Of a stretch of 64,000 bases of DNA, positions 1-11,671 are shown in pieces; the first letter of the stretch is position 1; every line of letters starts with the position of its first letter. The stretch spans positions 17,918,001 through 17,982,000 of the forward strand of contig JBHGNT010000002.1 in the NCBI GenBank assembly GCA_043228905.1. The letters run 5' to 3'. This stretch comes from Azolla caroliniana. Taxonomy: Eukaryota; Plantae; Polypodiophyta. The notes beneath the pieces are model-generated. The model was given only the letters and a program-made list of their open reading frames with translations. It ran no database searches and was not told the origin of the DNA. The translations under genes were made by a program, and so were the position numbers.

Positions 1-49
1 ATTAGTTCCTCAGGATCAAAGTGATCCGCACCCCGGAAGGCATCCTGTG
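1..49 (+). mobile_element. Ty1/copia RT fragment (left part of the host of the DNA transposon)
   Basis: Reads *FLRIKVIRTPEGIL, matching HYFLGIEVILTPVGIM of the copia at about 18380-18420. Confidence 0.75.
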
Positions 50-53
50 TTGA

Positions 54-85
54 AACACCGGGTCATTTAGAATAGGTAATATGTC
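54..85 (+). repeat. Left terminal inverted repeat (32 bp)
   Basis: 27/32 identical to the reverse complement of 6751-6782. Confidence 0.88.
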
Positions 86-897
86 GCATTCCTTTATTGA
101 TAAATACATGAGATGTCAAGAATTACAATTTTTTAACAAACTTTCAAGAATGTATCACGCATGCGCACATGACTTTTAAAAACATCAATAAAAAACACAG
201 TTAATATTATCAAGATTTCAAATTTAACCTATATTTTCTCAATTCATACACATATTTAGCCAAACATTCGCTTGGATTATGAGAATGCTTTCAACTATCA
301 TTGTAATATGCTTCATTTTACATAATGTTGAATTTGAATCCAATTGAACAATTTTAGAAACACAATTTTAATTCTATATTTCTCTCTAACTCCTATAAAG
401 CTTGTTATATTAAATGAGCAAAGTGCATTTTTGGGTATAATTAGACACATATTCACAAGTGAATATCACATTATATACCTCACATGCCCAACAACTTCTA
501 CGGACATTATATCCCAATCATATATGAACAACCTAAATGTAAGATCAAGTGAGCAACAACGTTGACTTAATATTTTTCTGTACACTCGAAATTAAATAAC
601 TAAGATTAAAGAGCTAAAAAATGCTAGAATAAAACTAAATTCAATTATATTAATAAAGAAACAATTATAACCAACATTTGTCATACAATCGATAAGTTCA
701 TCACCATCTATTCAATAAAAATTACACTTAACAACCACATACTTTGTGAGTCAACCAATACAAATATATGATAGACACTTAAAGTTTGCAAACCAATCAG
801 ATAGTGTAAAGAAATGGTACTCAAACAAAATAATCTTATATTCCACAACAAGTTTAGTGTTACAATTTTATAGTTACAAATACAAACTAATATACAA

Positions 898-3800
898 TCA
901 CTCGATTAGGATGTTTGGAACAAGCTGCTCTCCAAGATCAGCTGATAGTGGTGCTGCATGAACATCTTTTGTCCCCTTAGCTGAATCTTGTATATGATCA
1001 GAACTTGATGCATCTTCAAGGTCGAGAAGGCGCCTCCTTTCTCGTCTATAGGTTCCATTGGCTCTCTAGAGGTCATCTGAAACATCTCTATTTCATTGAT
1101 ATGCTTTGCCCCAACCTCTTGGTCTTGGTCGAGACAATCCTAGATGCCTTGGATCCTCATCTTAATAAAATTTTCTTGGTCGGGGTCCTTTTTTAATGCG
1201 ACGTAGTTCCTGAACAGTTTAAGAGCACATGCAGTCATCGTTCCTAAATAAACAATCACACATATAAAAGTAAGAAAAGAAGACAAGAAATAATATTTCA
1301 TTTTAAAAAACATTGATGAAACTTAATAGATTACCTGTTCCAGAAAATAAGCCAAGAACCCAATCATCAAGGTTCGAGAACAACTCGACCAATCGATTAA
1401 TCAATCATTGGGGCTTTTGATAAGGGGTTACTAGACTCTTATCTCTAGGCACGTGGCGCAATTTCTTCGTTACAGTTGGGCACATGATATAGTTGACAAG
1501 GTTTCGCTCATTAACATGTGCCCAAGCCTTCTTCTCAGGAATTGCGTCGTAGTGGCCCACGCACATGTGCTCCACAATGCTCACCATTCGATCACCCAGG
1601 GTACGAGTTATGTTCGTTTTAACCCTATTCTATAATTGAATCGAAACAAGTTAATAAACATGTAGTAAGCAACAAGGAATCCATACATTAAATATATAGT
1701 AACATAATGCTTACCAATGCATATGTTCGGTGGCATGGTATCTCGACTTCAATGCAGTCGTGACCAATAACAACTGACCCATACTATGAAATATAACAAT
1801 AGGCCATAATGGTGCCAGGGTCAGCTCCGCAAAGTCCTTAACCATCTTCACTATTTGCGGATATTTGTATGGCACATCGTCGTATGTTGAGCTTGATATT
1901 CTGAAGCCATACGGTATATCCGCCACGAGCAATGTATAATGTCTCTTGGGTAATATGTCAAGCATATTACCCACATCACCATTATATACACTATAATACA
2001 ATTATCGGAAAGGATCACTCTTGTGCCAAAAGCTTTTTACGATATCCGAGTCCTCAGGCACCTCGAGCTCCTTTCCTTTTGTCATCCGTTTCTCGTATTT
2101 AGCTCGTTCCAAATGGGTGATGAAAGCGCTAGGTATACCTTCATTGTCGTCACTATTCTTCTTTGAACGAGGTGGTTTCTGTAATTATAAATTTTGTAAG
2201 AAGAAACCCATTATCCAAAAATCAAAAGAAACTAAAATTAGAATAAAGAACAAATCAACAAAGCAATCAAATCAAAATGATACATGCACATAGATGACTC
2301 ACTTTTGAAAATCTATGACCATTTCGTCAAGGCTAAACTCCTTGGCGGCCACGCTTGATTAATACAAATATCAATAATATGTCATCCTTAATTCCTTGCA
2401 GTGACCACCAAGGAAGTAGCTTCATATCTTCGGCTAACTCTTCAATTACTAAGTCACTTTTACTTGACTTAGATTTCATCTCCACCTGGGTCAAGCTTAG
2501 CCTTCTTTGATCTTTGTCCCTTTATTTCTTTATGCTCCCACATACTAAAAATGCGATCTTGGAGGTCCCATACCTCCCCTGTTCTAAAGGCAAGTTAAAA
2601 CCACGAGTCATATTTTCTCAAGCCTTCAAACTTGGTGCTTTCGTCAAATGCTATCCCCACTTCAAGTAGACATTGTCGTCACAATCCAGGATGCAGCCAA
2701 GGACCAAACTTTTGCAACGCATCAAGGTACTCGTGATGAAAGAACTTGATGTGCTCGATACATGACATCTTTTGTCTATAGCCGTTATTGTTGTTATGAT
2801 CCCAACTTAACAACTTGGCTTCGTCATGTGTAAGGCATGCATACACTTTACATTTTGCATACTTGAAGAAAGGGGTAAGAGGATACTCCTTGACCAGTTG
2901 ACGTCGGGTTTCAGTAGAGTGGGATCCTCCAATCACATAGTATGTGTAGTCATCTGCCGAAATGTACTTGAAGTCAACAATAGTAGGGCATTGATCTAGG
3001 TCAACCATTACTAAGAATGGCCTAACAGTCGCATGTGGATTAATCTTCATTTTGCTTTTTAAGTTCTGCACATGCAGTGAATGTGGCTCTCTAATTTCTT
3101 CTTCTTGTCTCCAGATCGATGGGTGGCCGTTGAATAGAGCAAATTGGTAAGTGAAATAATTGTCCTTTACGAACAAGCTTCGTCTTTACAATATTTTCTC
3201 TGATCTGGTTATGCTCTGAGGTGAGTATCCCCAATGAAATGTGGCCCCCTAGAGGAATAACTTCGATCTCGGCTTCTTCCTCCTCATCTTCTACGAACTC
3301 GAGGACCTTCGACTCGTCCTCTTCTAGTTGCTACCTTTTCTTGTACTTCTTATGTTCCGGTTTGGACTTCTTAGCAGACTTTGGTGGGGTTGTTGCTTGT
3401 GTGACCATCAGCTCTCCCTTAATGTACGGGTGCAAAGCAACAATCAAGTTGTTTTTTGTCTGAACATCCTTTTTTAGGGCTTTAGGGTGGCAGGAGTCGG
3501 TTATGAAATTACATTCATCGATCTTGACTCTGTGAACCCCCATCGAGCTATCAACATCGAAGAAGAGGTTCGATGAGTCGTTGTCTTCATATTTGATGTT
3601 CCTTACGTAGATGTAGGGGAATGTCTTTCCCACCTGCAACTTGCCTTCACCTTCAGACTTTGCAAGAATAAGGAGGTCCCCTTCTTCCTTGATGTAGATC
3701 AGTGTCCATTCAACTTGGGGGTAGCTGTTCAGGCGAGGCTCCCCACTCTTTTCGCCTAAAGTCTTCATCGTGTTATCGACAAAGGACTTTAAAGTGTCAT

Positions 3801-3916
3801 AACCTCTTGACTCGATAAATGTTTTGCGAGAATCAACTTTCATCATGGTGTCAGAAGGTCTTTTTGTTGGTGACGGAATTTTTAGTTTGAAGGATGGCAC
3901 CTTCTATTGTGGCTCA
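898..3916 (-). pseudogene. Intron-containing ParB/Srx-like + beta-class N6A/N4C DNA methyltransferase (disrupted by stops and frameshifts)
   Basis: Exons about 3916-2303, 2178-1715, 1624-1335 and 1243-~898 with GT-AG introns. Motifs in beta order: YNGDV..LLVADIPYG (motif IV), W|VKTN, PYQKP*LINRLVELFSNLDDWVLGLFSGT|GTMTACALKLFRNYVALKKDPDQENFIKMRI (motif I). Upstream ParB-like IREP..VQNLK..RPFLVMVD..YYVIGGSHS..EAKLLSWDHN (2679-3176). Confidence 0.85.
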
Positions 3917-4199
3917 CTGAAAACAACAAGTCATGACACAAGGATATAACAATAATCTTAATAATAAACAATATAGACCTCTAAACTAAGGTAAAAATTA
4001 GCGAGAATCATACGTTTTTGTATAGAATGTTACATAAAAAACTTGAAGAAATAGACCAAAAAACAACTGCAAAAAATTTGACCAAATCTGATCTATTGAT
4101 CATGAAAAGCCCATTTTTCAACGGGAACAATATAGCCCATCTAAACTAAGGTACCCTTTCCATGCACTGCATCGAGTTCTCATTGAAAGGGACACTCTT

Positions 4200-6487
4200 T
4201 CAACAAGAACTCGATGTAGTGCATTGAGTTTCTTTTGAAAAAGTGACGAACAAGATACATTCTTGATTGCCAATATGCAACTTGTTAAGGACCATCATGT
4301 GGAATATTACCTTTCACTTACTACGAAGAGTTATCAAGTTGCTTTTAAAATTGCTTATAGCATCGGGAACATGAGGCTACAGAGAATTCAACATCGATTA
4401 TTGAAGGGGTGGTGGGTGCCTTTCAACAATTCAGAATCTCCATGTAAGGGCCTGATTGGGTGACATGTTGTTAGATGGATGGAGATTTATTTCTCAAAGC
4501 AATGTGATGTTATGCCCACCACTAGAAGGTTGCATTTGTTAGATAACTTCGCTCGTCGTGAGGTATACCAAGCCTATAAGGATGACATGTTATTGGAAAG
4601 TGTACCTTATATACAATATCGACATTTTAATCGTTTATGAAGATCGTAGTTTAACAATGTGGTCATACCCCGCAAGGTCTGGATGGGTGTTTGTTCGATC
4701 TACGCAAGTTTAAAAAGCTTCGCAAAGAGTGGGACAACAGATGAAGAAATAACAAAATATAAGACTTTATTGAGAGAACATCGAGAAAGCCAAGCGTTGG
4801 AAATATCTAAACCTATGCACCATCGTCAAAAAGCGCTTCAATTGCCAAAAAGATACATGTGCTTGATTATAGATGGGATGGATCAGAAGGAAACTTGTTT
4901 GCCACATTTTGGAAGGTTGCCGAAGGATATTGGAGATGAATGCCTAGTGCAGATGCACTTAGTAGGATGTCTTTTGTATTGTCAGACCATAAGGCCTCAA
5001 GTGTTCTTAACTTATCCAAATATCCACAACGACCCTAATCTTATAGTTACAGTCATGCAAAGAGTTCTACAGAGTTGGCAAGTTTTACTCCCACCAGTAC
5101 GATACGTGCAACTTGACAACACGACGAAAGAAAACAAGAACACAATTGTGTTTGGTTAGCTGAGCATGTTAGTAGACAAGGGTATTTTCAAAAAGATTAA
5201 GGTCAACTTCTTGCTAGTTGGTCATACACATGATCACATAGATCAAATGTGTAGTAGGTTCTCCAAGAAATTAGCGAGGTGTGATGCTTTCACACTTCTT
5301 GTGCTATCAAGGTTGATCGTTAAGGCTTATACCGCCAAGCCAAATGTGCAACATTTAGATGAAGTATATGATTTCAAGCGCTTTTGTTTCGATGGTGATG
5401 GGACTAGCTGTAGGGTTCTTGCTCCGCTTAATAATATAAGTTTTAACCACGTCTTCCTCATCTAAAAAAGTATGGTCGATCACAACCAGACCATGTTATA
5501 TGCCAAACAATACTGATCTAGTTCACAATGGGAGCCACAAGAAGGATGTAGGCTCTTATTGCATTTCCCAAATGCAATAATCTATGGTGTTGAGCAAATG
5601 CCCTATGACGACCATAAAAGATTGGTTGTTGGTAGTTCAATTGAAGAGCAAAAGATATATTGGATGCGGTGCCTTGAGGAAAAACAAAAAAAAATTGAGC
5701 GAATCAAAAAGTACGTTGGTGATCAAGATGTGGATTGGTGGGATGTCTTCTTTAATCATCAACATGCAATATTATTAGATAACCACAAAATCAATTCGAA
5801 TGGGCGCTTGGTGGCCCATCAATGGCAAGCACGACTGCTTTACAATCACTAGATAATCTTGAATTGAATAATCTAGTTCGTCTACGACAAAGAGATATTT
5901 ACGTGGGACCAAGATTATCACAAGTTGCAGAGGCGAGGTGACAAGGCAATCTACATGAGCTACAAGTTGGTATGTTGGTTAAAACATTAGTTGGGGGTGA
6001 TAAGTTGGACCATCCCTTTAGGATTGCCAAAATCATTGAAATTATTAAGGATGATAAAGGCAATCAAGTAATGTCTATTATGGTTCATTGGTATCATACC
6101 TCTTCCAAAGACGCATTTATTGGGAAGTACTCTTTAGAGATGGTTAAGGATGTCGAAGGCACAAGTGGAAAGCGAAGAAGAAAGAATCTACCAAGCACGT
6201 CTACTCTAGCACTTGATAATGTCGACATACTCGTGTATGACTTCTCCTTGACCAAAACATGCCATCTAAGACAGACTACAATCAAGATAATAAAAGAGAA
6301 GATCCCATATGTGCCAATTGACGCAACACAAAGACGAACAAGGAGTGACGTTGGATTGCAATTGGATGAAGACAATGCATTGGTTGCTAGTGATGATAAG
6401 GACGAAACCTCACAAAGCTCTTCTAGTTCATCGGGTGGGTCTGAAGGGGAAGGCGTATATCTAGGAAGTGATGGATCTCATATATGA
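4200..6487 (+). pseudogene. Sola-like (DUF7869-type) DDD transposase with C-terminal BAH/SH3-barrel-like domain, fragmented by stops
   Basis: Collinear ORF pieces with CLIIDGMDQ, VQLDNTTKENKN and FLLVGHTHDHIDQMCSRFS (three acidic catalytic motifs) and an upstream Cys/His remnant. Tail reads HPFRIAKIIEI..IMVHWY. Start coordinate approximate. Confidence 0.78.
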
Positions 6488-6750
6488 AATGTAAATATTG
6501 TATGTTACATCAATATGGTGACTCACAAATATGTATAAATATACATGTTAGTCCTTTTGTAATTTTTGTACGTTCTCTTGTAAATTTCACGTGTCGATTA
6601 TTAGGGGCATTTTTTGAAAGCCCTATATTTTGGACATAGTATAAATCAATATATTTTGATTCAATTTCCAAAACCCTTTATGCATGCGATAGTCCTTTTT
6701 GTGAAATGACCTACTTTGTGCCTTTTTAGGATGAACTGTTCTTAAATTGT

Positions 6751-6782
6751 GACATATTACATGTTTCAAATGACCCTGTGTT
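6751..6782 (-). repeat. Right terminal inverted repeat (32 bp)
   Basis: Partner of 54-85; followed by the TTGA duplication. Confidence 0.88.
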
Positions 6783-8610
6783 TTGAGTATGCTCTTCATA
6801 TTCGGTATGACGGAATGCAAGTACGTCTCAACTCCTTTGGATAGGAATGTGAAGGTCTGCCCCAACTCCGAAACGACATGCGACCCTAAAAGGTTTCGAC
6901 AAATAGTCGAAAGCCTCATATATCTGACCATCACCCAGCCGAACCTCAGTTATCCGGTCGGACTTATTAGTTAATTTATTGCGCATCTAACCGTGTAGCA
7001 CCTTCAATGCGCGCACCGAATACTCAAGTATGTTAGCGGCACTAAGGACAGGGGGTTGCTATATCGAGCCAATACAATCGAAGAACGAGTCGGCTATACG
7101 AATATCAAGTGGGCCGGAAATGTCGACGACCGCAGCTCTATATCTAGATATGCATTCTCACTTGGAAGCGCCGTGGTCGCTTGGAGCAGTAAAAAGCAGC
7201 CGACATTAGCACTATCGAGCACCGAGGAGTGGTTGTCGCAACATGCGAAGCCATATGGCTAAAAAGGTAATCAAGGATCTACGTGTCGAGGTGTCCAATC
7301 CCGTTGTGATCTACTGAGACAACCTCAACAACATCCAGTTGGCGAAGAACCTCGTCTTTCACGCCCAAACAAAACACATTGAGGTGCACTACCATTTTGT
7401 TCGAGATGGTGTTCTCTCTGGTGAAGTGGAACTGCCGCATGTTTTGACGGATCGGTAGGTAGTCAATATCTTCACCAAACCATTTGGCTTAGACAAGTTG
7501 CGACAATTTTCCGGTGTACTAGGTGTGCAATACCTCGATATGTCGAACTTGAGGGGGAGGAATGAGGAAGATGACCGAGTCGGATATTGATTTCGACTTC
7601 GGGCCAACTAAAGAAGCCGGAGTGCACGGGTCGGCCGAGAAAGCTAAGACTAGATGCATGGGGAGCCACTGGAACGGAAAACCCAAACCGGAACCAACCA
7701 AAAATGGGGGAGGCAGAGCTAGAAAGACTGAGATATAGATATGGGCCGATGTCGTGAAAGTTCTGGGAGTTGAAGACGAATCGGAGACGACCGATTCAGA
7801 CGAGAGCAAAAATGAATCTGATGTACCCGATTCAATCGAAATGATCGATTCAGTTGAGCCGAATCTACGATGGGCCAAGCGGACAAAAGGGCAACCTAAG
7901 CCGACGCCGAGACGGAGGAACCAACGGGTCAAGGGATGCCAACAAGGGAGCTGATAAGGGCCAAGGGAACAAACAAGCCGACTGAGAAAGCCAAGATGCG
8001 CGGAACCAAACTTGTCGTGGTAAGCAGAACCGGACCGGACAAGGAGCGCGAGCCAGGTGGGAGAACGTTAGAGGGAGTCGGAGGAGAGGACCAACTACCA
8101 CAAACACTGACACTACAATCTAACGTCAAGTTGAGCTTGAGGGGGAGTCTTGAACGGATCTTACCTCAAGTTGACCTCAACCGGATCTGGATTGGCTGAA
8201 CAAGTCAGAGCCAGATCAGAGTCTAGAACGAAGAACCGGATCGGTATCTGGATGTTATCCGAAACCTAGAACCGGATCAGATTGTAACCTGTAGGCCGTT
8301 AGAGACCTACGAATCTAGCCTAGTACGTAGGCATGTTTTTAGGAGTTGGTGTCAGTTGCTCGTATGAGCGTTGAAGTACTTGTCAGTACTTCTGTCAGTC
8401 CTTTTAAGGACTTGTACAGAAGTGCTCATAGAGCACATTGTATGTACAGAGAGTTTTTAGTAGTTTGGAATATACACGATTTCTGTGTTCTGCTCTAACT
8501 TTGTCTCTCCCGTGTAAGGTTTCCATTAAACCTGTCTGTATTCTTTTGTTATCTAGACGAGCCGGTTTTGTCTTAGCTTCCGCAATCGTATTCTTTTATA
8601 CTTCCCAACT
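6783..8610 (+). mobile_element. Decayed Ty1/copia 3' end: RT/RNaseH, 3' spacer, PPT and 3' LTR (about 8148-8610)
   Basis: FGMTECK..LIYLTITQP, WSSKKQPTLALSSTE and KHIEVHYHFVR. PPT ttgagggggag at about 7548 and again at 8137. LTR limits approximate. Confidence 0.8.
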
Positions 8611-8796
8611 AAGAGAGAAGATGTAGGCAAACTCAACCCTAAGTCCTCTCGTAGGAAAACACAAAGCCCTAAAACGAAGAAGAAGAAAATGGGAAAGAAC
8701 TCCTTAACCCTAAACCCTAGAGGAAGTAGAAGAAAAGATAAGTAAGGAAACCGTAATGGTGCACCTCCAAACAAAGATGAGGGACCACAAACCATA

Positions 8797-8846
8797 GAAA
8801 AGAAGAAGAAGAAGAAGAAGAAGAAGAAGAAGAAGAAGAAGAAGAA
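8797..8846 (+). repeat. (AAG)n microsatellite
   Basis: Run of about 15 AAG units. Confidence 0.95.
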
Positions 8847-9244
8847 ACCCAAAAACCCTAACTGTCAACCCCCAAACACCAAAATGGCCAACCCGAAATA
8901 AGCCCTCTTCTCCCCTTTTTATAGAGGAAATAAGGCGTTTATATTTGACATTTAATGAATTTAATATTTCCTTGGCCCAAAAGCAAAGTGAATAAAATGG
9001 CCGACCTAAAATAAGCCATCTTCTCCCATTTTTATCTAGATGAAATGAGGCACCTATTCTTTTGTGCCAAGGGAATAAAATGCTCCTTGAATCACCCTTG
9101 GTTACTCTGCACCCCTCAGTCTACACTTAATGGCCCTAACCACTAGGCCACTGCCCCTTATTTATTATTTGTTTGTTTTAATATATACATGTATTTGGGA
9201 GATGTGTGTGTATTCCCCAGTTAATGGAGGAATAGGTTGAAAAT

Positions 9245-9740
9245 GTTAAGGCTCTAATCCTCATGTTAATGAAACTCAGTTGCTCGTCATCCTTTTCTCA
9301 TTCAATAATATTCCTATATAGCTTCAATGTAGATGTAGATGTAGTACCTATTAACAATTTAAAATGAAGATTGCGTTAGCTAAATATAAACTATATTGAT
9401 TTCTAAAGGCATAGCAAACAAAGCTATAATAATCTACCTGAGCCAGAGAACAAATACAATATCCAATCTCTTTCATTGGAGAACATTTCAAATGACAAAT
9501 ATCAATATTAGCTAGAATTCATTGATGGGTAAATCAAAATTCTCTATGTAAGATAAATATTCCTTACCAAACAAGGTTTTGTATCCCATGGCAACAAGAT
9601 CTCAAGGAGTGTGCTACAGGGTATCCTTGGTCCATCCTATGGAATACGATAATTCTCCATAAGGATACAGTCGTCAACTGTGCAAAATCTTTCACCATCT
9701 TCTCAAGTTGTTTGAACCTAAATGATTCATCATCATATGT
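9245..9740 (-). pseudogene. Second, divergent relic of the beta-class amino-methyltransferase
   Basis: TYDDESFRFKQLEKMVKDFAQLTTVSLWRIIVFH..NLVW|gtaag (9740-9568), EMFSNERDWILYLFSGS|G (~9490-9438), GTTSTSTLKLYRNII..EKDDEQLSFINMRI (9347 down). Same two intron positions as the 898-3916 copy. Confidence 0.85.
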
Positions 9741-9741
9741 T

Positions 9742-10548
9742 TGTTAGGGAATAAGTCCCTCCGGATGAGAGCCGAAGGAGCCAAAGGAATTAGACCAGAT
9801 GGAATCGGAGGGTGCCCGGAAATCGGATAAGATGGATCCCGAAGGAGTCTAGCCGGATCCGGTATGAACCAGGAAGTAGGAACATTTTGTAAATATTTTT
9901 AGACGTGACCATTGAGGTCATATTTGTAAATAGTCCATAAGTTATATGAGTATAAATATAACTAGGGCAAATAGTGTTTTACATAGAGGTTGTTATTCTT
10001 ATTGTTGTACAGACATAGAGAGAGAGATATAGTGTGTGAGACACAAAAAGTTTTTCTGTTGTAACCGCCGGTTGGCGAAGACATAGCTCGAGGTCGTTGC
10101 CTCCAAGTCTCCCATTGTATTTTTCTTCTCATAGTGATAGTTGGAGTTTGTGGGCTCCCGTGGTTTTTCCCTCTTAGGGTTTTCCACGTTAACATACTGT
10201 GTTGTCTCATTTTGTTTTCTGTATCTTCCATTGTGTCATTGAGACTCGGTTGTGGCCGAGCACTATTTCCGTACAATCTGGTATCAGATCGAACAACAAA
10301 TGGAAGAGTCATTTGTAAGCATGTTCAAGCCCACCGACTCCAACTACCCAATGTGGAAGTCGAAGATGAGGGACATGCTCGTGGCTAAAGATCTCTAGTT
10401 GTCGGTACAATTCGGGGACAAGAAACCAAACAAAATCGATGCCATGACCTGGGAAGTAATGCATATGAAGAAGACTGCATACATGCGATGCTTCATCGAC
10501 ATGAGCCTATACAACAACTTCAATGAAGAAAGTAAGGCTCATGTGTTA
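9742..10548 (+). mobile_element. Truncated Ty1/copia 5' end: LTR 9742-10275, PBS 10279, gag start 10300
   Basis: TG..CA LTR, tggtatcaga PBS (tRNA-iMet), MEESF..MFK gag start homologous to 54434. Confidence 0.85.
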
Positions 10549-11252
10549 CTAGAGTTATTTCTTGAGCTCCCTTGATATAACTCTAATAACCTACCTGACT
10601 AGGTACTGGTGCATCTTGTACTCTCAAGAATAGGTAATTGTGGACACATGAAAAATTTGAAAATCACGAAGGTGACATAGCACTTAACATCTTTCCAAAT
10701 GGTCAAGGCAAGTCGGACCGCCCATGTCGACACAAAGTATAAGACTGTGGACCGGAAGGTGAGGCTTCAACTACTCGTGGTGGCTCCTTGAGGGTCAACC
10801 ATGGTTAAATGACATCAATTTCTTGTTGTATAGATAATATTATGAAGAGATAAAAAATAAGAAATATTTTATTTTCTTGGTTTTTCTATGGTAATTAGTA
10901 ACAAAGGTAAGTTTAATTAATTCTCATATGGGAATTTTAAACTGATTTTATTTTCTTGTTTCTTACTATGGACAAGATCCAAAGCACAAGTTAAATTTGG
11001 CATATTTTAATTGCCAACGTTACACATCCGCAATAAGAATAGCTCTATGTAAACAAGTAAATGTAAAATCAAAGTGTAATGAACCCAACATGTTTTGATC
11101 TTGGGTTCAAACATTTTTCTTTTACTCTTAACAAATTACGCCTACTACTTAATTAGTGAAAGAGTAGAAATTGAAATACAACGAATAAGTTTCAAAATAC
11201 TGACAGAAACAAAACATTGGATTGTACACAATTCTCTACCCTCATAACATAA

Positions 11253-11334
11253 TGTTTCATTTCAAGGTAATCAATTATGTTTCATTTCAAGGCAATCAAT
11301 TAAGTTTCATTTCAAGGTAATCAATTAAGTTTCA
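11253..11334 (+). repeat. 25-bp tandem repeat, about 3 copies
   Basis: gtttcatttcaagg(t/c)aatcaatta repeated. Confidence 0.9.
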
Positions 11335-11671
11335 ATAACAATATTGCACATTTGTCTTTCACACTGTACTAATTAATTACCATTCCCCTAACTTAAATGT
11401 TGTTAGGGTTCTAGTTTTATCTACTCCATACGAAACATCCCTATCAAATTAGTGGAAAACATGGTATATACATGCTCATAGATTCTACTTTTAGCTGCTT
11501 GAGACGTAAACCAATTATCACATAATATATAGAGACTACAGGCAATGGAACTTGACATATAATACCAGTAGAAAATGCATTTTCATTAAGAGAAAAACAA
11601 TATCTAGAGATACAATTATGTGAAACATTCGAATTAACAACTTTGTACAAAGTAAGAACATACTAACTGTT

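Larger units (their letters stand above)
54..6782. mobile_element. Complete, decayed TIR DNA transposon (Sola-like) carrying a transposase and a ParB-methyltransferase cargo gene
   Basis: Left end aacaccgggtcatttagaataggtaatatgtc (54-85) matches the reverse complement of 6751-6782 (aacacagggtcatttgaaacatgtaatatgtc) at 27/32. TTGA flanks both sides (50-53, 6783-6786). The flanks rejoin into one copia RT (..VIRTPEGIL / VLSMLFIFGMTECK). Confidence 0.88.

Noticed and set aside
54-85. CACTA/EnSpm assignment from the CAC near the termini
   Set aside because: No CACTA/CACTG end with a 3-bp TSD. The 4-bp TSD and DN..ENKN / GHT motifs fit a Sola-like transposase better.
898-3916. Bacterial contamination as the source of the methyltransferase
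   Set aside because: GT-AG introns, a second spliced paralogue nearby and insertion inside a plant copia element argue for nuclear origin.
8553-8852. Poly-Phe ORF
   Set aside because: Translation of the (AAG)n microsatellite.
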